Assembly (NCBI GenBank): GCA_964455585.1
Contig: CAYVXW010000002.1
Coordinates: 1,734 to 65,733 of the forward strand
DNA length: 64,000 bases
Direction of reading: 5' to 3'
DNA from: an uncultured Christensenella sp.
GTDB lineage: Bacteria > Bacillota > Clostridia > Christensenellales > UBA1242
The notes beneath the pieces were generated by a model, which was given only the letters and a program-made list of their open reading frames with translations, was not told where the DNA came from and made no database searches. Shown one piece after another: positions 37,637 through 48,134 of the stretch. Each line of letters opens with the position of its first letter. Positions within the stretch are counted from its first letter, which is position 1. A program made the position numbers and the translations under genes.

Positions 37637-38482
37637 ATGTCATTTAGAATAACTTGTGATAGCAGTGCCGACCTAAATCCAGATATGTACAAAAAGTATG
37701 ATATCCCAGTTGTGCCTTTCCAAATTTTGGCGGGTGAAACTGAATACAAGGACTTTGATTTGTCAAACGAGGAACTATTTAAAATAGTAAACGCGACGGG
37801 CACCCTTCCAAAAACTTCGGCAATAAACGAAATTACTTTTGAGGAGTTTTTTAAAAAAGAGAACACGGCGGACGAGGGAATTATCCACTTTAGCATTAGT
37901 AGCAAAATTTCTAGTGCGTACAACAACGCCGTAACCGCATCACAAAAATTTAAAAATGTGTATGTAATAGATAGCCAATCTTTATCTTCGGGCGTGGGCT
38001 TGCAAGTGATGTATGCAATCAAACTTAGAGACCAAGGCGTACCTATTGAAGAAGCGGTAAAACTAATAAACGAAAGACGCTCGGCAGTACAAATTAGTTT
38101 TGTGGTTGACACGCTTAAATTTTTGCACAAAGGCGGAAGGTGCTCGGCACTTGCTTTGCTTGGTTCCAACCTGCTTAGCATAAAGCCAAGCATTTTGGTA
38201 AAAGACGGAAAAATGATTGTGGGCAAAAAGTATGTGGGAAAAATCCATAAGGCGTTAGACAAATACATATCCGACACCCTTGGCGACTTTGACACCCCCG
38301 ACACCGACCTATGCTTTATAACCTACAGTTCGGCTACAAGCGAAATGCTAGAGGTTACAAATAACGCTCTTAAAAAATTTGGCAAGTTTAAAAATATTAT
38401 AGAGACCACCGCAGGTTGCACGGTTGCAACACATTGTGGTCCAAACACTTTGGGAATAATCTATTATAACGACGGAAAATAA
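37637..38482 (+). CDS. degV: DegV-family fatty-acid-binding protein
   Basis: The N-terminus ITCDSSADL and the family-typical length of 281 aa support the call. The start is MSFRIT (AGAGGTGA upstream) rather than 37550. Confidence 0.88.
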   Translation: MSFRITCDSSADLNPDMYKKYDIPVVPFQILAGETEYKDFDLSNEELFKIVNATGTLPKTSAINEITFEEFFKKENTADEGIIHFSISSKISSAYNNAVTASQKFKNVYVIDSQSLSSGVGLQVMYAIKLRDQGVPIEEAVKLINERRSAVQISFVVDTLKFLHKGGRCSALALLGSNLLSIKPSILVKDGKMIVGKKYVGKIHKALDKYISDTLGDFDTPDTDLCFITYSSATSEMLEVTNNALKKFGKFKNIIETTAGCTVATHCGPNTLGIIYYNDGK

Positions 38483-38496
38483 AACGCAAATCGAAA

Positions 38497-38528
38497 ACAA
38501 AAAAGCAAGATATTATTCTTGCTTTTTT
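38497..38528. terminator. Bidirectional terminator after degV
   Basis: The sequence is aaaaaaa-AGCAAGA-tattat-TCTTGCT-ttttt. Confidence 0.6.
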
Positions 38529-38652
38529 AACCTGTTTTCGCTTTTTGTCTTTCTTTTTTTGGAGTTTTTATTTAGGGTTTTACCCGTTTTGGTTGTTATA
38601 CACAACTTGTCTTCCTTTGGTCGTTTTATGTAACCCCCGTTTTTTAAACACA

Positions 38653-39723
38653 CTACAACAATTGTTCGGGCTCGAATGAATCTTTTATTGACCTAAGTTC
38701 GTCCATAAGTTTTGTAAGTGGCATTCTGGGCTTGTAACATTCCGAGTGCAAATTATCTAGCCCGTGTTCCACAAGCCTACATAGTGCCCACGCCATCATT
38801 TGGGAACTAGCATCGGCATTCACCGACGCCACCTTTTCGCCCCTTGCATCGTCGCCCGATAGCGATTGTCCTAGGCGGTTTCTGGCAATGATATCCCACT
38901 TGTCGTTTCGCTTTAGATAGGATAGCAAGTGTTCATAGCAATTGTTTTCAAATGCGTTTAGATACTTTGCCGAATATACGCCCACGCTTTCGGCAAGCCC
39001 GTCGTCCGACTTATCCCAAAACTTGCCCTTTGGAAAATATCTAAGTTCTATCCCCTCATATGGTTTAAACATTCCCTCGTGCTTTAGAAGTTCGTTTTTG
39101 TAGTTATTGGTAGTTGGGTCATATTTTGTATTAAAGTTTATTGTTGGAATGGCGCTTGCTCCGCCATACTCGGGTGCAAACGACACTTGACCCGTGGCGT
39201 TCATAATTTCGCTCACTTCCGCATAACTATACCCCTTTTCTTCCAACAATTCTCTTAGGGCAAAAAGGATTTTGTCTAGTTCGACCGCACCGTGACAATA
39301 GGTAAAAAACACGGTTTTGCTCATTTGCTTGCAGGCGTCATCTAGGCTTAGCCTATTGCCGTCGCCGTCTAGACACCTAGCACACAATAACTTTTCGGCA
39401 ATGGCGTATGTGGTGTCCCTTGTAAACCTACCCGTGTCGCCATTTGCAAGTTGCCCATAAACAAACGGCAAAATGTGGATTTCTTCCCTTAGGGACTTGC
39501 CGTCTTTTGTATCAACATTTTCATAAAGCAACTTCAAAAAGTTTTCTAGTATTCCACCCAAATTTTCGGCTTCTTTTTCGCTTAGAGTCATATTCCCACC
39601 AAGCAACAATACATTTATTCCGTCCTTAGGATAGTCGCTTGGGTTTAGGGTCTTAAAACTAGACTTTCCGTCCGCCAATACCATTTCACCAAAACTTGGA
39701 TATATGTAATATTTGTTATTCAT
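38653..39723 (-). CDS. Putative alpha/beta-hydrolase-like protein with a Cys in the nucleophile-elbow position (paralog 1)
   Basis: The 356-aa protein is collinear with the N-terminal ~330 aa of the upstream gene. Shared segments are VLLLGGN/LCLFGNA, KTVFFTYCHGA/KVMFFSYCQGQ, VSFAP, EHL and NADASSQMMAWAL/NADCVSQIMAYAL. Confidence 0.7.
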   Translation of the reverse strand: MNNKYYIYPSFGEMVLADGKSSFKTLNPSDYPKDGINVLLLGGNMTLSEKEAENLGGILENFLKLLYENVDTKDGKSLREEIHILPFVYGQLANGDTGRFTRDTTYAIAEKLLCARCLDGDGNRLSLDDACKQMSKTVFFTYCHGAVELDKILFALRELLEEKGYSYAEVSEIMNATGQVSFAPEYGGASAIPTINFNTKYDPTTNNYKNELLKHEGMFKPYEGIELRYFPKGKFWDKSDDGLAESVGVYSAKYLNAFENNCYEHLLSYLKRNDKWDIIARNRLGQSLSGDDARGEKVASVNADASSQMMAWALCRLVEHGLDNLHSECYKPRMPLTKLMDELRSIKDSFEPEQLL

Positions 39724-39741
39724 CTTCTACCTCGAATGTTT

Positions 39742-41718
39742 TTAGTCTTCATATATTTCCCTTTCCATTTGTGGCTCGACCATACCTAGTATTTGGGATT
39801 TTTCGCTATCGTTTAGAACCAATACTTCTGGCAAAACATATTTTGCACCACAAAAACCGTATTTTGCATACTTATCAACAATTTCCTCAAAACTCTCGGC
39901 ATTGTTTAAAGTATTGATTAAGTCCTCAAATTCGGGCATTTCTAGGTGTTTTTCTCTACGCTCAAGCCCGTCTTTTTTGGCACTTGCCATTGTGTGAAGA
40001 GCGTTACACTCCTCCCTACTAAGCCTATCCGACACACTAAACACCAAATCGTATGCACCAAAATAGTCGTAGTTTTCAAAAATGTTTGCAACCGCATTTA
40101 GCGCGTTTTCGTTTTTGTCTATTTCGCTTAGTTCGTTTGAAATATTCACATAGGCTTTTTCTTTTCTTGCCGTCTTGGACATTAGGTATTCGTCCTTTAG
40201 TGGTGCCAATATTCTATTGCACTCCACAAATGTCAAGTCATATCTTTTGCCACCCATTTCCATAAATTTTTTAAGCAAAAGATTTGCGTTTACATAGTCA
40301 AAATTGCAAATAATATCGTGTATTTCGCTCAAATTTTTTGCTTTTTTCAAAGCCTCTAGAATTATGGTATTAGGCTCACTTAGCCACTTTCTTTTTTCCT
40401 TATCCACTGCCCTATGCGTTGCACCAATCCTAAGAAGGGTTAGTTCGCTTGGGTTTAGTTTTATGTTAATTGCACCCAAAAGGTCTTCAAAATTTGCGTA
40501 GTTGTTTTCCTCAAATATGGTTGCAACTTCCTTAAAAGATTTTGCTTGGGACAAAGCCGAATACATAACGCTTTGAGGGCTAGAATACTCAAGAAGATTT
40601 TTGGACATTTGCTTTAGTTTTTCCCACCTATCGCTATTGTAGCCTATGCGTCTATCCTGCCTTCGCTTATCCTCGTTCAAACGCAAGTCTCGCTTGTCAA
40701 AGCCGTCAATTATTGACCTAATTTCAGTTGGCAATGTGGTTTCAAAATTGTTTGGGATGTATCTATTGCTAGCCATATTTTTTTCGGCATTCTCGATTGC
40801 AAGCCCCAAAGCGTACGCCATAATTTGCGACACACAATCGGCATTCTCCGACACAACCTTAACGCCATTACGGTTTGTGTATTCCTTTATGTCCCAATCG
40901 TTAGTCCTAGACAAAATATCTATTAGATGTTCGTCCATTTCTTTTCCCGTTTTGTTTAGAAGTTCGGACGAAACAATATTTATACTGCCCGCCAAAGCGT
41001 CTCTTCGTCTTTCGCCATAAATTTCGCCCACGCCGTCCACTTTTACATCTATGCCGTCTAGTTCGATATATTCGCTTGGGCTATACATATACTTTATATC
41101 CGAACCCACTCTTTCGTCTTTTGAACTGAGCACCCTAATGGATGGCATATAGTTGCGTTTGCTATCAAGAGGAGCAAACGACACATTGATTGTGGCATTA
41201 TTAATCCTTTCAATTTCGTCTTTTGAGTATCCCAACTTTTCCAAATTCCAGTCAAGAGCGTCCATAATTTTGTTGGCTTCCACCTGCCCTTGACAATACG
41301 AAAAGAACATTACTTTTGACATATTTTTAAGTGCGGTATCAAGAGGCAAACGCATATACTTTTCGTCTCTAAATAAAGGGGTGAGAACCTTATTTACAAA
41401 GTCATCAATAAAGCCCAAACTTAGTGAACCCACTTCGCTCCATTGGCTATCTTTTGAGTACTTAAACCCAAGCAAATCTACTCTGTCTAGGATATTTTCG
41501 TCCCCTCTTTTAATAAGTCCTAGCAAATTTTCCACAAACTTACATCCACCATTTGCCTCGGCAAGAGTGGTGGTAGCATTTCCAAAAAGACATAGGACAG
41601 TAGGCTTGGTTATATTATAATCGGACGGAAAAAGTTGTTCCCAGTGATGCTCACCACTTGGAACTCGCCTACCAAACTCATCGTTGCAATAGTATCTTGC
41701 GTCTTTTTCGCCTATCAT
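39742..41718 (-). CDS. Paralog 2: the same N-terminal domain plus four C-terminal helical repeats
   Basis: The protein is 658 aa. The C-terminal ~300 aa contain four modules of about 60-70 aa, beginning AKSFKEVATIFEENNYANFEDLL, AKNLSEIHDIICNFDYVNANLL, ENALNAVANIFENYDYFGAYDLV and AESFEEIVDKYAKYGFCGAKYVL. Confidence 0.7.
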   Translation of the reverse strand: MIGEKDARYYCNDEFGRRVPSGEHHWEQLFPSDYNITKPTVLCLFGNATTTLAEANGGCKFVENLLGLIKRGDENILDRVDLLGFKYSKDSQWSEVGSLSLGFIDDFVNKVLTPLFRDEKYMRLPLDTALKNMSKVMFFSYCQGQVEANKIMDALDWNLEKLGYSKDEIERINNATINVSFAPLDSKRNYMPSIRVLSSKDERVGSDIKYMYSPSEYIELDGIDVKVDGVGEIYGERRRDALAGSINIVSSELLNKTGKEMDEHLIDILSRTNDWDIKEYTNRNGVKVVSENADCVSQIMAYALGLAIENAEKNMASNRYIPNNFETTLPTEIRSIIDGFDKRDLRLNEDKRRQDRRIGYNSDRWEKLKQMSKNLLEYSSPQSVMYSALSQAKSFKEVATIFEENNYANFEDLLGAINIKLNPSELTLLRIGATHRAVDKEKRKWLSEPNTIILEALKKAKNLSEIHDIICNFDYVNANLLLKKFMEMGGKRYDLTFVECNRILAPLKDEYLMSKTARKEKAYVNISNELSEIDKNENALNAVANIFENYDYFGAYDLVFSVSDRLSREECNALHTMASAKKDGLERREKHLEMPEFEDLINTLNNAESFEEIVDKYAKYGFCGAKYVLPEVLVLNDSEKSQILGMVEPQMEREIYED

Positions 41719-41918
41719 TTTACTCCTCTTATCGTGCCAACTTTCGCCCTAAAGACACCATCATTTGCACATATTGTTTATTATATTATATCATAAGTAC
41801 AACGCCATTTCAAGAGGCATTGGAGAAATTTTATATACTAGCAAAAACATCATAATTTTATATTTATTTGACATAATATTGTTGCGTTTTTCAGTTTAAA
41901 ACTGTAAAATTCAAGTAT

Positions 41919-42164
41919 ATGGAAAAAGATTTACAAAAATTAATTTATGATAACTCAATCGCATTTGCAAAAAACTTAAAGTTAGAGCGTGAAGCAAGCG
42001 GACTAAGCAAGAGGGAAATGGCAAAACTTATGGGCATTGCTATGCAAAGTTATTGGGCTTATGAAAATGGACTTTCTTTGCCCACGACCGAAAATCTTCT
42101 TAAACTATGCCACATTTTGGACATATCGCTAGACGACCTATTTGAAATAACGCCCAAAAAATAG
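41919..42164 (+). CDS. XRE-family HTH regulator (81 aa), divergent from the paralog pair
   Basis: The HTH reads GLSKREMAKLMGIAMQSYWAYENGLSLP...LDDLF. TGTAAAAT lies 11 nt upstream of the ATG, so the mRNA may be nearly leaderless. Confidence 0.8.
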   Translation: MEKDLQKLIYDNSIAFAKNLKLEREASGLSKREMAKLMGIAMQSYWAYENGLSLPTTENLLKLCHILDISLDDLFEITPKK

Positions 42165-42210
42165 GTGGTCTTGTTTGCAACTTAAATCAAAACCCACTAC
42201 TTCAACAAAA

Positions 42211-42251
42211 AAACCGACCGAGGTTTTGCCTCTTTAGTCGGTTTGTTTTTT
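42211..42251 (+). terminator. Intrinsic terminator after the XRE gene
   Basis: The sequence is AAACCGAC-...-GTCGGTTT followed by gTTTTTT. Confidence 0.55.
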
Positions 42252-42399
42252 ATCCCCAATAGTGTCAATAGGGTATTAATTTTATTTTGGCACTAAACTA
42301 AGTTTGGACTATAAAATCAAATTGTCCATACCCAAAAGTGTTCCACAATACTTGATATCCGCCATTGTTATACGCTACAACTAAATGATTGACGGCAAT

Positions 42400-42431
42400 A
42401 AAAAATGTTCACGATATTTGTGAACATTTTT
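42400..42431. terminator. Bidirectional terminator downstream of secA
   Basis: The sequence is aaaaAATGTTCAC-gatattt-GTGAACATTttt. Confidence 0.55.
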
Positions 42432-42517
42432 GTGATTTGATTTTTTGACTAAACCCGCTTAGGGTGGTCAAGGTCTTAAAGTTTTGTTTTAAAAAAGTGA
42501 CGGAATATGGGGAAATT

Positions 42518-45331
42518 TTAGTTTTTTCCACAACAGTCCTTGTACTTCTTGCCCGAGCCACAAGGGCAGACGGAATTTCTGCCTACCACCTTGCCTTTGG
42601 TTTTGGCTTGGGAGGTTTCGGTTTTGTTGGTAATCATTTCTACTGCGGGTTTTTCCTTTAATAAATCCTCGGCAGTTTTTCCATTTGGAGCAGGTGCTCT
42701 TCCCGTCAATTCGGCTTTCATTTTTTCCGCCAACTTTTTCTTAAATATTTCTCTTTGTTCTGGAGTTAGTTTGCTCAAATCCGCATTGATAGGAATACGC
42801 CTTTCAATTTGAACCTTGAAGTTGATTAGGAACATTGCGGTCTCTTCCCTAACCTTGTTTATCATTTTTTCGTAAGCAACGCTACTTTCTTCCTTGTAGG
42901 CAATGATTGGGTCGTGGTTTCCGTACGCTCTAAGCCCAATTTCGCCTCTTAGGATTTCCATAAAGTCGATATGGTCACGCCACAAACTATCTACAACTCT
43001 AAGCAAAATTTCTCTTTCGATTCTTTGGTAATCTAGTTTTAGTTCGCTTAGGGCTTTGCACTTTGCCTCGTACATTTCAACGGCTTTTTCGGCAACCTTG
43101 TCGGCTAGTTCCTCAGGCTCCAACCCCTCAACAACATCTTCGGTTACATAGTTAAACTCGGCAGGGAAAACCCTATTGTTTAGAAGACCATTGATTTTTT
43201 CCAAATCCCATTCTTCAAAAGTTTTTTCCTCGTCAATCCCCTCGTATGCCGTGTTGGTTGCAAATTCCCTAATCATATCCACAACTTCGTCGTGAACATC
43301 GGCACCATCAAGAACCCTGTTTCTTTCTTTGTAAATTTCTTTTCTTTGTTGGTTGTTTACGTCGTCAAACTTAAGAACTGTGTGACGAGCGGAGAAGTGG
43401 AAGCCCTCAATTTTTCTTTGGGCGTTTTCAATTTGTTTGGAAAGTAGTCCTAGCGAGAACGATGTGTCGTCGCTCATTTTGAAGAACCTAACAACGCTTT
43501 GGAGTTTGTCTCCGCCAAAAATACGCATTAGGTCGTCTTCCATACTAACATAGAACACACTGCTTCCTGGGTCGCCTTGTCTGCCCGCTCTACCCCTTAA
43601 TTGGTTGTCAATTCTTCGGCTTTCGTGCCTTTCGGTACCAACGATATGAAGACCGCCAAGTTGAATAACTTTTTGTTTTTCGTCCTCAGTTACTTGAGAC
43701 ACCTCGTCATAATATTGTTGATATTTCTTTCTTGCGCGCTCCAAGTCTTGGTTGTCGCTAGGAAGATAGGATGTGGCAAAGTCGATTTGCTCGTCGGTAA
43801 AGCCTAGTTCCTTCATCTTCTCTTTTGCAAGGGCTTCGGGGTTTCCGCCAAGCATAATATCCGTACCACGACCCGCCATATTGGTGGCTATGGTTACTTG
43901 ACCAAGTCTTCCCGCTTGGGCGATAATGGCACTTTCTAGTTGGTGATTTTTGGCATTAAGCACTTTGTGTCTAATTTTTGCCTTGTTTAATTCTTTTGAA
44001 ATAAGTTCACTTTTTTCGATAGTTATTGTACCAACAAGGATTGGTCTACCCTCGGCGTGAACCTTTTTTACCTCTTCAACGATGGCGTTGATTTTTGCTT
44101 TTTCGGTAGGGTAAATTACATCCGGCCAGTCTATACGCCTAACAGGCTTGTTGGTTGGAATTTGCACTACGTCAAGGTTATATATCTTATTAAACTCGGT
44201 TTCCTCGGTTTTTGCCGTACCGGTCATACCACTAATTTTGTCATAAACCCTAAAGAAGTTTTGGAAAGTAATGGTTGCCAAAGTTTTGTTTTCGTCTCTA
44301 ACCTCAAGCCCCTCTTTTGCTTCAATTGCTTGGTGCAAACCGTTGCTATACTTTCTTCCTTCCATTATTCTTCCCGTAAACTCGTCGACAATCAATACCT
44401 CGCCGTCTTTTACGATATAGTTTTGGTCTTTCATCATAATAAACTCTGCCTTAAGGGCGTTGTTTATATAGTGGTTAAGTTCGATGTTTTGGATGTCGCT
44501 TAGGTTTTCTACGCCAAACATTTTTTCGGCTTTTGCAATACCTTTTTCGTTTAGTCTAACCGCTTTTTCTTTTTCGTCAATCTCGTAATCGGTGGACTTT
44601 AGGGACTTTGCAAACTTTGACGCCTTTTTGTAATCATCGCTACTCTTTGTGCCCTTTCCCGATATGATAAGTGGAGTTCTTGCCTCGTCAATAAGAATAC
44701 TATCCACCTCGTCAATAATAGCAAAGTGATAGCCTCTAGCAACCCTATCCTCGGCACGCATAACCATATTGTCTCTAAGATAGTCAAAGCCAAGTTCGTT
44801 GTTGGTGCTATAAGTAATATCGCAAGCATATGCTTCCTTTTTTTGCTCAGGGGTCATATCGTGGTTGGATATGCCAACTGTTAGCCCCAAAAACTTGAAT
44901 ATTTTTCCCATCCACTCGCTATCACGACCGGACAAGTATTCGTTGACTGTAACAATATGCACACCCTTGCCCTCAAGCGCAACAAGGTAAGCAGGTAAAG
45001 TTTCGACCAAAGTTTTACCTTCACCTGTTTTCATTTCGGCAATTCTACCTTGGAACAAAGCAATTCCGCCCAAAATTTGAACGTGGTAGTGCCTTTTGCC
45101 AATAACTCTTTCGCTCGCTTCTCTTACGCACGCATAAGCGTCCGGCAAAATATCAATGGTTTTTTCACCATTTTTTAGTCTATCTTTTAGTACATTGGTT
45201 GTATTTTTAAGTTCGTCGTCGGTCATAGCCTTGTACTTGTCCGAAAGTGCCTCAACCTTAACGGCAATTTTTTCTAGTTTTTCTACATTTCTTGTGTTAT
45301 CAGATTTAAAAATCTTTCCCCAAAACCCCAT
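42518..45331 (-). CDS. secA: Preprotein translocase ATPase SecA
   Basis: The 937-aa protein has motor motifs MKTGEGKTL and IDEVDSILIDEARTPLIISG. It ends in the zinc-binding tail CPCGSGKKYKDCCG. Confidence 0.97.
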   Translation of the reverse strand: MGFWGKIFKSDNTRNVEKLEKIAVKVEALSDKYKAMTDDELKNTTNVLKDRLKNGEKTIDILPDAYACVREASERVIGKRHYHVQILGGIALFQGRIAEMKTGEGKTLVETLPAYLVALEGKGVHIVTVNEYLSGRDSEWMGKIFKFLGLTVGISNHDMTPEQKKEAYACDITYSTNNELGFDYLRDNMVMRAEDRVARGYHFAIIDEVDSILIDEARTPLIISGKGTKSSDDYKKASKFAKSLKSTDYEIDEKEKAVRLNEKGIAKAEKMFGVENLSDIQNIELNHYINNALKAEFIMMKDQNYIVKDGEVLIVDEFTGRIMEGRKYSNGLHQAIEAKEGLEVRDENKTLATITFQNFFRVYDKISGMTGTAKTEETEFNKIYNLDVVQIPTNKPVRRIDWPDVIYPTEKAKINAIVEEVKKVHAEGRPILVGTITIEKSELISKELNKAKIRHKVLNAKNHQLESAIIAQAGRLGQVTIATNMAGRGTDIMLGGNPEALAKEKMKELGFTDEQIDFATSYLPSDNQDLERARKKYQQYYDEVSQVTEDEKQKVIQLGGLHIVGTERHESRRIDNQLRGRAGRQGDPGSSVFYVSMEDDLMRIFGGDKLQSVVRFFKMSDDTSFSLGLLSKQIENAQRKIEGFHFSARHTVLKFDDVNNQQRKEIYKERNRVLDGADVHDEVVDMIREFATNTAYEGIDEEKTFEEWDLEKINGLLNNRVFPAEFNYVTEDVVEGLEPEELADKVAEKAVEMYEAKCKALSELKLDYQRIEREILLRVVDSLWRDHIDFMEILRGEIGLRAYGNHDPIIAYKEESSVAYEKMINKVREETAMFLINFKVQIERRIPINADLSKLTPEQREIFKKKLAEKMKAELTGRAPAPNGKTAEDLLKEKPAVEMITNKTETSQAKTKGKVVGRNSVCPCGSGKKYKDCCGKN

Positions 45332-45456
45332 ATTTTCTCCTAACTTTTTAATTGTTGGGGCATATCACCATTCGCGTTTTTTGCAATACATTTTTTATAA
45401 TGTATCCTTGAATGTTTCTTTTGCCCACAACTCTCTATTTTAATAAATATACTAGT

Positions 45457-45465
45457 ATTTTAGCA
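45457..45465 (-). promoter_or_regulatory. Extended -10 box TGCTAAAAT upstream of secA
   Basis: The minus strand reads TGcTAAAAT about 125 nt upstream of the secA ATG. Confidence 0.35.
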
Positions 45466-45617
45466 TTAAAGCCATAAAATTCAAAACAATTTGATATTAA
45501 TTCTATCCCATATATTATATAATTATCCTTTTTTCGCCTCTTTTTTGGTTGCAAGTGGGCAAATAAAAAACGAACCCGCCATCTTTTGGATAAGCCCAGT
45601 TCGCTTTTGATACTTAA

Positions 45618-48086
45618 TTACTTTTCGCTAACAACAATTTGGAACAGACAACATTTGTTGCCATCTATAAGCAAATTTGCATTGCCTTCCTCTATGCTAA
45701 ACTCGATTTGGATATTCTTGCCTTCCAAGTATGGCTCAAATACTGCTTTTACCAAATCCAAAGCATTGCCACCAATTACTCCATTAAGCAAAATGGAGTT
45801 GTATACATAAAGATTGAACGTGCCACAAATATGCAAGGAATTAAAGGAATTAACCAAGTGCTCCACCTCGCCATCGGCGTCTATGAGCAAGTTTTGGGAC
45901 AGAATGCAAATTACGCCAATTGAGCCGGAGTTGTTGTAAACCATAAACGAAGTAGCGTATTGCAAAGTCAAATATTGTTCTTGGAATTTTTGTCCCCTTA
46001 GATATTCCACAAACGTATTTAGAAGCCTTTGGAATCCGCTATCCGACACCACGTTATAGGTTGTGTTATTTTCGGTATTGTACACTTGAACCATATAGTC
46101 ATAGTCAAACATAACTTCCAAGTAGTCGATGTTTTCGTAGAGCATATAATAAAACAATGCAAGAGCGTCGCCGTCACTATCAACCACAAAGTCGTACTCG
46201 CTGTTGGCATATTCAAACACACGGCTATTGTAATAGTCATAGCATTCATTTGCCGGCATAAACTTAAACTTGTCTCTATACTCATATGGGAAGTGGGTTT
46301 CTTCCACCATTTCGTCATCCACAAGGAAATAGGTGTGTGCCAAAACCTCGGTGGAGTTGCCAGAAATTTCCGTCCACGTAATATCCACTAGATAGTACTT
46401 GGCAGGGATGTCGTCGTCGGGGTCGTCGTCAAGTAGAACTTTGTTCCAAGCGTGACCGCCAATTGAACCACCACTTGATGCCGTTCCAACCACTCTAACT
46501 GCATCTATGTCTAGCATATTGCACATCAAACTAAACGCCTTTGAAAATCCGTCACAAACGGCAGTGCCGTTTATAAACACCCCCTCAAGATAGTAGCAAG
46601 GGCACTCGGGTGGATACTTTCCGCTCACATAGTTTCCGTCGCTATCGTATTCGGTGTATTCGGAATAGTCATATACGGTGTTTATACATATCCAATCGAA
46701 TATGGAAAGCACCTTTTCAAAGTCGGTCATTTCGTTAGATACAATTTCACCCAAAACCGTTTTTGCTTTGTTATAAATTTCTTCGGCGGAACTATTTTTT
46801 TCTACAATTGGTGTAACACCATTTTCCACCGCCCAATAAAGTTCTTCGGATGTGTCGACCTCGGTGGACAAAAACCTATGGTCGCTAGCAAACTCGTAGC
46901 CGTTTTCAATATCGACCGATAGCATTGTATAGTCGTCTTTTACAACGTCATAATATCCTAGCGAACTTTCTTGCGTTTTTGTGTTGGTGGCAACAATGTT
47001 TGTGTCACACTCGCCAACTAGGTAGTCAATCTTTATATTATATGTTCTATTTTTGCTTGAAATTTCCCTTGCAAAGTGCTTTTCGGTTCCAACCTTGTTG
47101 CCCGTTTGGAAAACAATGGTTTCTATAAACGAATTTAGCCCATAGTTATATACAAGTTCGTCTAGCCTATCAATAAATCTAAGCCCCGAGCAAGCGTTTG
47201 CAAGGTTATAAACCTCTTCCGAAAGCCTAATGTCAAGGTCGGCAATAACCCCGTCCGAGGTCTTTTCTCTATATATAAACGAACGATACATAAGCGTTTG
47301 GAGTTCGTCTAGAGTATTGATATAGTAGTCATAAATTTTCCCGTCAAAAATGTATATTTTGTCGTCATCGGTGTAGCCCGAAAAGTTGTCGGGATTAAAA
47401 TAGAATACGTCGCTTATTGCGTATTTTTGGTTGTCAATAATTGCAAGTATCCTCATAGCCGAAATTTCGGTTTTTGGAATGCTTGTAAAGTCGGAAAGGT
47501 CTATATAGTACTCTTGGGTTGAGTGCGTACTAGTAGTGTTTGGCTCAAAGTAGTATTCCTTATATCCCAAACTATTTGACTCAAGCCCCAAAGCAAAATT
47601 GCACGAAACGCTAGGAACATCAAAGTAAATTCTACTATCCGAAATGTAGGCGTCCACATAGTATTCTTCCTTTTCCTCAACTACTCCTGCATCCACTTTG
47701 TCGACAACGGCGGTACTTAGAGTATACGAGCCCGAATATGTGGTTGATTTTGAGACCCCCACACCACTTGACACGCTTTTTACCTTAAAGTCGTATGTTT
47801 TTGCTTCATCCAAAAGCCAACTAAACTTGTAGATATTTATGCCCTCATCGACACTATCCACCTTTTCGCCGTCAAGATAGATATCATAGCCGAGTGCTCC
47901 GCTAACCTCTTTCCACGACATTGCTTGGCTATTTTCGTAAATGACAAGGTCGCCACCCGTGTCCCCACCAAAACAACTAAGGTCCGTATCTAATAGCCCG
48001 CACCCCGATATTATTGGACAAAAAACCAATATCAGTATTAAAATTGGAAACAAATATTTTTTTACTTTTTTCATTTTTACCGCCAT
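45618..48086 (-). CDS. Lipoprotein with an Fn3-like N-terminal module and a transglutaminase-like Cys-His-Asp core
   Basis: The signal peptide ends in lipobox IISGC. An Fn3-like strand reads AMSWKEVSGALGYDIYLDG. The transglutaminase-like core reads CDGFSKAFSLMCN...GGHAWNKVLLDDD...YYLVDITW. The start is either 48086 or 48074. Confidence 0.8.
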   Translation of the reverse strand: MAVKMKKVKKYLFPILILILVFCPIISGCGLLDTDLSCFGGDTGGDLVIYENSQAMSWKEVSGALGYDIYLDGEKVDSVDEGINIYKFSWLLDEAKTYDFKVKSVSSGVGVSKSTTYSGSYTLSTAVVDKVDAGVVEEKEEYYVDAYISDSRIYFDVPSVSCNFALGLESNSLGYKEYYFEPNTTSTHSTQEYYIDLSDFTSIPKTEISAMRILAIIDNQKYAISDVFYFNPDNFSGYTDDDKIYIFDGKIYDYYINTLDELQTLMYRSFIYREKTSDGVIADLDIRLSEEVYNLANACSGLRFIDRLDELVYNYGLNSFIETIVFQTGNKVGTEKHFAREISSKNRTYNIKIDYLVGECDTNIVATNTKTQESSLGYYDVVKDDYTMLSVDIENGYEFASDHRFLSTEVDTSEELYWAVENGVTPIVEKNSSAEEIYNKAKTVLGEIVSNEMTDFEKVLSIFDWICINTVYDYSEYTEYDSDGNYVSGKYPPECPCYYLEGVFINGTAVCDGFSKAFSLMCNMLDIDAVRVVGTASSGGSIGGHAWNKVLLDDDPDDDIPAKYYLVDITWTEISGNSTEVLAHTYFLVDDEMVEETHFPYEYRDKFKFMPANECYDYYNSRVFEYANSEYDFVVDSDGDALALFYYMLYENIDYLEVMFDYDYMVQVYNTENNTTYNVVSDSGFQRLLNTFVEYLRGQKFQEQYLTLQYATSFMVYNNSGSIGVICILSQNLLIDADGEVEHLVNSFNSLHICGTFNLYVYNSILLNGVIGGNALDLVKAVFEPYLEGKNIQIEFSIEEGNANLLIDGNKCCLFQIVVSEK

Positions 48087-48134
48087 TTAATTGCAATAAA
48101 TAATTGTAATTTACCTAATATATTATGCGTTTGA

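Noticed and set aside
37438-38304. 288-aa minus-strand ORF
   Set aside because: It lies antisense to the well-supported degV gene, has no RBS, and its sequence looks like neither a membrane nor a globular protein.
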